Under the pieces are notes generated by a model. That model was not told where the DNA came from. It searched no databases and worked only from the letters and a program-made list of their open reading frames with translations. From positions 1 to 64,000 of the IMG/VR virus record IMGVR_UViG_3300017914_003245: a stretch of DNA of 64,000 nucleotides. The stretch is one strand, 5' to 3'. Made by a program: the position numbers and the translations under genes. Numbering within the stretch: position 1 is the first letter of the stretch; each line of letters opens with the position of its first letter. The stretch is from a virus. Lineage: Duplodnaviria; Caudoviricetes. Of this stretch, positions 38,330 to 47,500 are shown in pieces.

Positions 38330-41300
38330 TTAGTTTAAATTCTGTAATACTAAATTAGTTGGAGCAGAAGGTTTAGTCATGTCCGCTTGAGGCGGTATTG
38401 GTAAATGAGGCTTCCTAACAGCTCCCTTTCTGTCTACCGCAGTAAATTTAGAAGAATTATATTCTAACCCCGCAATTTCAAATTCATTATCGGCAACTTC
38501 TTTTGCGCTTAAAACTCTAAATGACTGACGCTCATAAAAGCGTTGTGATAAAGTTGAGGGAGGAGGTGTCCAAGCAACCAACCCTGTCGACGTTAGACTT
38601 AAATCGACATTGTTTTCCGCAACAACATCGCTATCGATTAACTCAAATGTATTAGTAGAAATATAAACAGTTCTCCACCTACCATTTAGACCTGTTTGAT
38701 CATCAAAACCTCTAATTTCGAGCGAAGGATTAGCAATAAGATCTATTCCGTGGCCTTGAAACAAAGAAATTCTAATTGATTTTTTCAACTGAGGAGAGTT
38801 CTCCAATTCAACATCATATATCCGATCGATATAAGATACAGTCTCTTTTGTATTCTCAAAAGTAAGGCCCTGAATCGAAGGGGCACTAATAAAACTTTCA
38901 TCGGTTTCTATTGTTTTGTAAAAATTATAATCCGTAAAGATTATCCAATAACCATCAGTTCCATAGTTTATTACCGTGGCCTCTTTTCCGCTATCAAGAA
39001 AATCAATTATGTCAAACTTTTTAAAGTCATGACTAGAGTCGTAGACGAAAAACTTATTTCTTTCAAAATATATCCATTGAGACTTATCTACAATATACCA
39101 CCAAAAACCATTATCGGCGTTTGCTTTTTTAAAATATATCCACCCCAAAACATCTGCATAAAAATAACCTTTATCTTCATCAGGACTTTCAAGCATATCT
39201 TGAACATAAATCCATCCGTTATAAGAAATAGAATTAATCCAACCATTAAATTTTGCTAAATTTAACCAAATCGAACCAAACTTTAGACTCTCAATCCAGC
39301 CATGATTACTTCTATTCAAATCTATTCCCAAAGCAAGTGAGAGCTCATCTTTACCCCCATTATAACCTGTGTTTTGATCAAAAGTGCCTTTAATCGAGTA
39401 AGGAGCGCCTATAACCACTCTTTTTAATGCATTTTTAGTTGCGGTGTCAGTAGTTCCCGGAGGCGAATACTTATAAACAAAATGTTCTCCGCCAGAGTTT
39501 CCCCAATAATCTTTTCCCACATCAAATATACGAATAGGCGTAGCCAAATCATCTTCAAGAGGATTAACTTTTGACACTTGAAAAGAGTGAGTGGTGGCAT
39601 GTATCACATAAAATTTCTCGTCCTTACTCAACCCACCGGGCAACACTCCACCAGAATAAAACTTTACCGCATCACCAGTTTTTAAATTATGATTGTATAA
39701 TTCTAAATTATTTTCTTTAAAATTAAGTCCGAACAGTCTTATTAATTTTAAATTACTGATCAAGGTATTTTGTCCTTGTCGAGACTCCCCATTGTCCCCT
39801 TGTCCATAACTTATGATTCCTAAAAATTTATTAAATTGCTGGCTAAATATAGAGTCGACCACAGCATCTTGATCAATATCATTATCTTCGAACTTTGCAT
39901 TTTGATGCAAATCATCAAAATCGGTATATTCGTTAGGTGACGTAACGGTTAATTCCACTTGCCCTAAATTAGCTTCGTCCAACATAAATTTATCAATTAA
40001 CAAACTTGATGAAGAACTTGTTAGTTCGGACCCAGAATCTTGGTCTTCAAGATAACTATAGGTTTTTTTATCTAAAATTCTACCACTTTTACTTTTGCCC
40101 ATCCTATTTTCATCTGCCACCTCAAAAATACATCCTGGATACAAGTAAGACCCCTCCTGTCCAGTTTTAAAAGTTATAGTTTCTGTCTCTAATTGAGAAG
40201 TTAAAAGTATCCACTTGGCAAATCTCCTGGCCTGAGATTCAGATGTTACGCCTTGAGCATAAATTTCTTTTTCTATATATCCAAATTTTTGGATAGCAAT
40301 AGGATCTTCTTCATAAATCAAACTCGGCGCAAAATCTCTATTCTTATCATTGTATCTAGCTAAAACAGAAGTTATCCTTTTGTTTTTATTTATACCTGAA
40401 TAAGAAAAGCCTTCAGTAGAAACATTACTATTATTAAACATCATCACAGGCTCTTTTAGTGCGTCTTGAATAACAAATATCTTTCCTCCAGCATATGCGA
40501 TCATAGCCCTAAATACAGATGATATATTTTTAATCACCTCTAAAGCTTCTCTTCTTTCTGTTAAATACAGATTACAAGAAAACCTAGATTCTACAATTTC
40601 ATGATTTATTTGATTTGCACAAGCTCCAATAGCTTTAGTTATCATCACTCTTTGATTTTCACTACCTAAAACAGTTTCGCTGAAAGTCTCGGCAATTATA
40701 AGCTCAGTGTTATTCAGTATAGAAGCAACAGTATATTCGCTATTGTTAATTTTAATTATCGCACCCTCAAACAATTGATCTTGAAATAAAGTTCCAGATC
40801 CAAATAAGTTGCCCTCTCCTGCCTGAAAAGTCACTGTTCCTTGTAAAACCCTAGAAACTTCATTTTCTAAAGGAGGGCCTTCAAGCGTAATAGAAAAATT
40901 ATCTGGATTAGAGCTAATCAAGTTTCTCTGCTCGATGTATACCTTACCATCTCTTTTAGCAGATTCGTATTGAGCTTTTGAGTCGGTATAAGATTGAGAA
41001 TTTGAGTCTATGAAAAACGCCACTTTTCTTCCGGCCATTGATATGCCCTCTCCAAATTCTTTTATAAAATTTTCTCTCGCTTGTTCATCGGTCAATGTAT
41101 TCTCTGAGTGATCGAGATCTTTTAGCAATTTTGTTTCAGAATAGGTTTCGCTTGTATACTCTCTCGAGTCAATAATCACATTAAAACTGGGAGGGCTCGC
41201 ATTATTTTGAATTCTATTATTTGTCTGAAAAGCTCTTGGATACAGACTCTTTGTTTCAATAGGATAATCAGTTTCAACCAATTCATCACAATACTTTCCA

Positions 41301-43099
41301 ATTTTATATAACTGCCATTTATCTATAGACTCTTCGGTTAAACCATACTTACCAACACCGTATCTTGCATTATAAATTAAATCAAATAATATCCATGCTG
41401 GATTATCTGACCAGTATTTATCAGAGTCATTTATAGTGTGAACAGATTCACTATCATCCTCTTGTCCTTTCATCAATCCATCCCAGGGCCCATTATAAAT
41501 TTTATTTACGGGATCGTAATTCGAAGGGATCAATATTTTCTTCATCTTAACATGATAAGACCTCTCAGGTACCCGATTAATATTTTTACTATCTACTTTT
41601 ACATGAACAGCAGCGGAGTTCGTATATTGAAGATTTTCATGAATACGCTCAACAACATGACTAAATTGTATATTCCTCTGTCTAGTAATTCCCCCAACAT
41701 TTTTATCCTTTACTGTCGGATCAAATTCTGGACTTAATTTTATAATTTTAAACACCCAATTTCCCCCAACATCTTCTAAACTCAAAAAATTATCAAACTT
41801 CACTCTTATATCAAATTGATATGCGGTTGTTGCGATACCGTCAATCTCAAAGTATTGATCAAAACCTTCGCCATGATTTGAAATTCCCGCCCCTCCATCG
41901 TAACTTACTTGAGTACATCCAGAATCCGCTTGATAAACATTGTATTCTCTGCCTGCTCGACTAACAAGAATTGCAAATCTTAATCTTTTGTCCTCAGCCA
42001 GCCGTTGTGCTACTCCATCATTATTAGCATCAGACACTTCTATCGCCATAGAAAAAATCACTTCAGAAACAAATTGATTTGATATCGTATGAGATAAAAT
42101 TTTTGCATCGTTTTCCTTAGCTGATTGTATAGAGCTATAATTTGCAGGAGCGGTGCTTGCATCATAATTACCCTTGTTGCTCGCGCCGTATGGGCTTGGC
42201 CCGGTCATTAAAAGTTCATATCTTTTTACGTAAGATACTCCATTAGTTAAGTAATTACTTTCCGTTTCATTACCCTTTTGAAACTTAGGTTTACCAATGG
42301 TATCCATATCTTCGTTTAGTATATAATTTAAAGTGCCTTTCTCGGTTATCGACAAAGGAGTATTTCTAACTTGTACATCATTAAGATAAATTCCCTCAGA
42401 GATATCGTCGTCGCTCAACAATGCTCCGTATTTATTACAAAATCCTTCTATTGGGCCTTCGCAAAGTAAATCAACAAACTCTTTCTCAGAATAAGACTCA
42501 AGCAGTGAATCTTTTTTACTTTCTTTTCTTCTGGTAATCTCAGATTCTGCAATGCCTGTTGCGCCAACTTTCAACCTTCCATAACCAAGGGGAACAGCGA
42601 TGCCTTGGCTTCTCCTAGTCCTTCCCCCGGACATAACATACGACTTGGTACTTATAGGGTCTTTTCTTTTTGGAGGTTCTGGCGGTTTTGTGAGAGCCGC
42701 CATTGCGTATGACATAGCCACAGCAAAAATAATCTTTGCCACAACAGCCTTAAAAGTAAACCCTGATGCTCCTGTAGCAAAAACAAGCTTAAAGAAGCCG
42801 GTGATCCCCGAGCCCTGCGTTATAGGGATTATATGATAATCTTTATTTTTTTTCTTGAAATCAATAGTATCTTCAGAGATAACATTTTTATTAAAATCGC
42901 TTTCGCTCTTTATAGAATGAATATCTTTATTCAACATAATGTATTCAACATGACTTTGATTAGAATTAACAATATACTGAGAAAAACCTTCTATATTTGC
43001 ATCTAACGCAAGCACAACTTCCCTAGGTGTAGACGCAGCAATATCCCACTTTTTACCAAAGATCTTGCCTAGCTTGCCATGTAGATATACAGTTTTCAC
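38330..43099 (-). CDS. Lambda gpI-like / gpJ-like (tail tip, host specificity) fusion
   Basis: The N-terminus MKTVYLHGKLGKIFG...TPREV is gpI-like. The gpJ core has VPLGYG, DLLCEGPIEG, RSYHVKMKKILIPSNYDP, WSDNPAWILFDL..NARYG and GVTSESQARR..KW.L.T..LET. Confidence 0.9.
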   Translation of the reverse strand: MKTVYLHGKLGKIFGKKWDIAASTPREVVLALDANIEGFSQYIVNSNQSHVEYIMLNKDIHSIKSESDFNKNVISEDTIDFKKKNKDYHIIPITQGSGITGFFKLVFATGASGFTFKAVVAKIIFAVAMSYAMAALTKPPEPPKRKDPISTKSYVMSGGRTRRSQGIAVPLGYGRLKVGATGIAESEITRRKESKKDSLLESYSEKEFVDLLCEGPIEGFCNKYGALLSDDDISEGIYLNDVQVRNTPLSITEKGTLNYILNEDMDTIGKPKFQKGNETESNYLTNGVSYVKRYELLMTGPSPYGASNKGNYDASTAPANYSSIQSAKENDAKILSHTISNQFVSEVIFSMAIEVSDANNDGVAQRLAEDKRLRFAILVSRAGREYNVYQADSGCTQVSYDGGAGISNHGEGFDQYFEIDGIATTAYQFDIRVKFDNFLSLEDVGGNWVFKIIKLSPEFDPTVKDKNVGGITRQRNIQFSHVVERIHENLQYTNSAAVHVKVDSKNINRVPERSYHVKMKKILIPSNYDPVNKIYNGPWDGLMKGQEDDSESVHTINDSDKYWSDNPAWILFDLIYNARYGVGKYGLTEESIDKWQLYKIGKYCDELVETDYPIETKSLYPRAFQTNNRIQNNASPPSFNVIIDSREYTSETYSETKLLKDLDHSENTLTDEQARENFIKEFGEGISMAGRKVAFFIDSNSQSYTDSKAQYESAKRDGKVYIEQRNLISSNPDNFSITLEGPPLENEVSRVLQGTVTFQAGEGNLFGSGTLFQDQLFEGAIIKINNSEYTVASILNNTELIIAETFSETVLGSENQRVMITKAIGACANQINHEIVESRFSCNLYLTERREALEVIKNISSVFRAMIAYAGGKIFVIQDALKEPVMMFNNSNVSTEGFSYSGINKNKRITSVLARYNDKNRDFAPSLIYEEDPIAIQKFGYIEKEIYAQGVTSESQARRFAKWILLTSQLETETITFKTGQEGSYLYPGCIFEVADENRMGKSKSGRILDKKTYSYLEDQDSGSELTSSSSSLLIDKFMLDEANLGQVELTVTSPNEYTDFDDLHQNAKFEDNDIDQDAVVDSIFSQQFNKFLGIISYGQGDNGESRQGQNTLISNLKLIRLFGLNFKENNLELYNHNLKTGDAVKFYSGGVLPGGLSKDEKFYVIHATTHSFQVSKVNPLEDDLATPIRIFDVGKDYWGNSGGEHFVYKYSPPGTTDTATKNALKRVVIGAPYSIKGTFDQNTGYNGGKDELSLALGIDLNRSNHGWIESLKFGSIWLNLAKFNGWINSISYNGWIYVQDMLESPDEDKGYFYADVLGWIYFKKANADNGFWWYIVDKSQWIYFERNKFFVYDSSHDFKKFDIIDFLDSGKEATVINYGTDGYWIIFTDYNFYKTIETDESFISAPSIQGLTFENTKETVSYIDRIYDVELENSPQLKKSIRISLFQGHGIDLIANPSLEIRGFDDQTGLNGRWRTVYISTNTFELIDSDVVAENNVDLSLTSTGLVAWTPPPSTLSQRFYERQSFRVLSAKEVADNEFEIAGLEYNSSKFTAVDRKGAVRKPHLPIPPQADMTKPSAPTNLVLQNLN

Positions 43100-43120
43100 T
43101 TTTCCTTAAACCTATAATAT

Positions 43121-43462
43121 CTATACACCTATATTTTTATACAAGAAAAAGTCATTATATTTAATGCTGTATATTAAGTATGGGATAGCCAATTCATTAG
43201 ATACTTTTTTATCCAATTCGCTTGGATTCGCGCAGCTATCGACGTGAGAGTGAACAATATATTCAGGACAATAAGCAATGATAATCTCAGGGTCAATAAC
43301 AAAATGCTTCTCACGGTTCCAGCTCTTATTTTCAACCGACAAGAACCTGAGTTCGCGCGAGTCTTTGTATATTATACCACAAGACTCCTGATTAGGTTTT
43401 TCTAGAAATTTTTCTTTAATTTGGGATAAAATTTTTTTATCCTTAAGAATCGCTTCCAACAT
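43121..43462 (-). CDS. Lambda gpK-like tail assembly protein, JAB/MPN domain only
   Basis: ESCGII...HFVIDP...IVHSHV...PSELD JAB motif, located between L and I. The likely start is the ATG at 43462 (the track starts at 43492). Confidence 0.8.
   Translation of the reverse strand: MLEAILKDKKILSQIKEKFLEKPNQESCGIIYKDSRELRFLSVENKSWNREKHFVIDPEIIIAYCPEYIVHSHVDSCANPSELDKKVSNELAIPYLIYSIKYNDFFLYKNIGV
43124..43128 (-). promoter_or_regulatory. GTGTA motif, putative phage late promoter for the I-J operon
   Basis: GTGTA-24 nt containing AAGG-GTG start (43099). Confidence 0.5.
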
Positions 43463-44552
43463 CGAACCTCTCTGTTCCAGGAAACCCTCCAAACCTTAAT
43501 AAAGTTTTATCGTTAGCCCCATTATATTTGTATAAATCCTTGTCTTGATTATTTGTAGAAAATCTTTTTTTGCATGCGTCAAGCGTTCTTTGGCACTCAT
43601 CTTTTAACCAATGATCCCTAGAAAAAAAAGGGTGATACGAACCTACATTTTCATGTGTTTGTATACATACATAAATCTGAGGGGTAGATTTATAAGGATT
43701 GCTAGATTCTGATGGTAATATTTTAACAATGTCATTTAATTCATAAGGCCGAGGATTATCTTCGGTACCGTTTTTACCGAAACGATTCCATTCTTTTATA
43801 TTGCTGCTATTAATTAAATTCGGAGAATAAAGATCAGGATTTATCCACCCAACATTGTATTCGTCTTCTATTTTTGGCATAAGATATGAAAAATCTTTTC
43901 TTAAACTTTTTCCATTTGATGTTTCTATTGGAAGCCCTTGGTATCCGCATCCAACTGAACACCTATACGTAAAACCGCAGTATCCAGGAAGAACCATTCT
44001 GGCAGGTACCAGAGTTTCATCTAATTCTAAGGAGGAAACTAACTCGAATTTTACAAACTCCTTATTTTCTTCTACTTTTCTACCTATATAGTAAACATCG
44101 TCAGGAAAATGAGAATTATAATCCTCAGTTCCAAACGGATTTATCTCATTAAAAAAATTTTTATTATCTAAAAACCTAGTAAAAGTTCTTTTTCTCGTGA
44201 CCTTGCAGTTCGCAAAGTCATCATTTGAATGGGTGATTTTAGAAAAAATTCCATCTGGATTAGCTAAGTATAAATTAGGACGAGGAAGCCTTCCATCTGA
44301 TTTTGCTTCAAAAGAATCAGTTTTTACAGGAAGAGGTTGGTAAGCTTTATCTTGCCAATAAACTGGATTTCCCTCATTAGACATAGGGGTAAACCTATAG
44401 ATGGGCTCGCTACCAAAATTTATTCCATATATATCGCTCAATATATCAAAATTAACCTGAAGATTACTAAAATCTATTTCGTATAACTCAACAATAGCAT
44501 CTGGCAAAATAGATAAAGTTTGCTGCATTAAATTAGCTGAAGAAGTAGTCAT
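43443..44552 (-). CDS. Lambda gpL-like minor tail protein
   Basis: IVELYEID, DGRLPRP, FELVSSLEL, CGFTYR..CGYQG and CQRTLDACKKRF...FGGFPG, including the conserved Fe-S cysteines. Confidence 0.92.
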   Translation of the reverse strand: MTTSSANLMQQTLSILPDAIVELYEIDFSNLQVNFDILSDIYGINFGSEPIYRFTPMSNEGNPVYWQDKAYQPLPVKTDSFEAKSDGRLPRPNLYLANPDGIFSKITHSNDDFANCKVTRKRTFTRFLDNKNFFNEINPFGTEDYNSHFPDDVYYIGRKVEENKEFVKFELVSSLELDETLVPARMVLPGYCGFTYRCSVGCGYQGLPIETSNGKSLRKDFSYLMPKIEDEYNVGWINPDLYSPNLINSSNIKEWNRFGKNGTEDNPRPYELNDIVKILPSESSNPYKSTPQIYVCIQTHENVGSYHPFFSRDHWLKDECQRTLDACKKRFSTNNQDKDLYKYNGANDKTLLRFGGFPGTERFDVGSDS

Positions 44553-44553
44553 A

Positions 44554-47500
44554 TTAAGTATAAATTTTAGTGTTTATTTTGATATCTGAGGCGCTAGACA
44601 ATATCCTAACATAACCAGAGTAGTCCTTTATGGAAGTGTCTCTGGTTGTTAAGTTTCCAAGGTCTCCATTTTCATCCTCAAACATCAACTCTGTTTTATC
44701 TAAAGTAATCAAAGGTATATCTAAATCAACTTCGAATAAATCAAAAGTTACTTCAAAGAACTTAGTTTCTCCAGGTTGAATATGAGGATTTCTATTTTTT
44801 TTGATAAATTCTTCATTTATATAATAATCAGTTAATAGAGAGATATTTCTATCATCAGACTTAAATATATTCCCAGTATTTTTTTGTATATATCTTCCGA
44901 TAGGCTTTAAATCCGAATCTAAAAGGTCAAACATAATTTGTCCATTGGATCCATTTACGAAGCTGTTTTTCACAATTTTTATTTTGGCTCCATATAGGTT
45001 TAAAGTATCAGATTGTAAGTTTTTGAAATTATTTTCATCATATACTGGCAAATCTATAATATAATCAGAAGGCTCCAAACCTTGCTCTGTAAATAACGGA
45101 GCCTCAATAGGATTAATACCCTGCATAGAGGTGCCTAACTCAAGACCTATTCTATTTAAGAACTCATCGGAAGTACGAACCATATAATGTATATGTATAT
45201 TCTTATTGAATACGTCTGCATTATTATTTATATAATAATCAATAGCCCCAGAGTCAACATCTCTTCCTAATAAAGTTTGCCAAATATATTGCATACTTTC
45301 CTGACTAGGAACCTCATTTAAAAATTCATCACTAAAGTCGTCTCTTCCATATTTAATTGCGCCCCATTTATATTCATCAGAATCCATCATAGAATAAAGA
45401 ACGCGCCTTATATCTAACAGAGAGCCTGACATCCAACCATTGATTTCTTGAGACGAAGGAGTTCTGCCAAACAAAACAGAATATAGTCTTGTAATACCGG
45501 CACTAGTCTTTTCTGAGTTTAAAAATTGTTGACTGAAATTAAAACTCCTTGCGGGCATGATTCTATACTCAGTTTTTCCTCCCCACTCAGACCAATGTTG
45601 TTTACCCCACTCGTACTTTGTTAAACCTAATTGATCTTTAATATAATCATACCAGTAGCGGTCAAGGTCTGGGTAAAAATTTACATAAGTTGCATAGTCA
45701 AAGTTTCTGTTTCCGATTACCTTAAAGCTCCAAGGGTGACTCAATCCCCTTATACTAGTAACAGTAAGAGCTTCGTTTCCAATATTAGTTACTTTTCCCC
45801 TAACTCTATACCTAAGACCAGAATCAAAATCGCCAGAATCTCTCGGTTTTCTAAATACCAGAGTTGAGTCTCCAACAATTTTCGCAGGAGAAGGGACATG
45901 AGGTTGGTTTTGATATATCTGTTTATCAAAATTTTCCGCAGACAACAACACAGGATGTTCCATAAATTTAGCAGAAATTGAGTGATTATTTTTATACTTA
46001 TATTCATGACTCCACTCTTCGCATACAAAATTTCTGACTCTGTCATAGGGAGCAGGAAGGGTAAACTGAAAAGGCTTAAACCCCTTGTGTTGTTCTAAAA
46101 AATGTAAAATAGCACGAGCCTCTTTGTCGTTTCTATTATTAAAATTTACAGTAAAATCTAATAAACTTTCATTTATCCCATCGTTATATATTTGAGTATA
46201 ACCCTTACCCAAAGATATATCATGAAGCCTGGGTTTTTGTGAAATCGATAAACCCAGAGATGGAGACCAAAAAAAGCTTCTTGACCAACTATCAGTATTA
46301 ATATCGTTAATTATTGAATTGCCCTCATTATCGTGTTCAATTTTGTAAGGGTCAACCCCTTCTATTTGAGTTGGGCTTTTACAGTAATAGTATCGATTTA
46401 TCTCAGAGACAAAAACAACATCATTCACTTCGTAATACTCAGAAGGGCTATATTCCTCAGCCCTCCTCACAAATCCCCCGTCTTCCATTCGAATTGTAGA
46501 GAAGTCAAAATTTTTGATTGTTAAATCAATATCATTGCTGTCTTCGAAATTAAGTGAATGCGAAAAATCAAAACAATAAAAATCTAACATTTGGGTTTTT
46601 GTAGTATCGTATGGATGAAAGGTAGAGCTTCCGCCCCACTTAAAGCCTGAAATGCCCTGTGTATATTTAAGGTTGTTTGAGGGCTCTTGACGTTCGTGTT
46701 GTCCAAGTTTGTTTTCTAAAAAATGAACAATTGCATTAGACTCCCTACTATTCCTGTTTTTGAATTTTAAATTCGCAGAAAAAGATAAGGAATTAATACC
46801 TTTTGGCTGCACCCTATAATAACCGTTGCCAAATTCTTGTTTTGTATTATTCGCTTTGTATTTTACAGTAGACCCATAATCCGGATCAAAGAAAAACTCA
46901 TCAGATGACCAGAAGTCAGCAGTGTCGGTTTCTCCTATAACATTTTCAGGCATTGATACATGGAAGCCCCCGCTTTCTTCATATCTATCCACAGAGTCTT
47001 GATCTGAAATTCCATGTATCCAAATTCTAGATTTTTTTGTCTCAGGAATTAATTGATTCCTGGCCTCATTAGTAAAATCTATATTAAAAACTGGAACATC
47101 CGTTCGCGGGGAAGCCTCAACTTTTCTACGGTCAGAAAGACCTTTTCTTATAGACCACCACTTATTCTCTTCCTGAATAAATATATCAAATGCGAAGCCC
47201 TCATCAAAGCGAGCGCTTTTCTCAAATAAACTCCAACCCTCTTTTATATTAAAAAGATAACTAGTTCTATCAACCCTTCTACTTATATACAACTTTCTAT
47301 TATTTTGATGAACAGGAAAATTTTCATCGTACCACGTGTCAAGGTTATAATCAACATCTTGGTCATTTTGCCCAGGAGGAAGAACGTTCAACATCATAAT
47401 TTGAGAAAGATCTTCATTGCAACCTACATGAGTGAAAAAGTTAAAATTAACATCAGATGTATCATTCTCTATAGACCAAGACATATCAACTTCGTTATAT

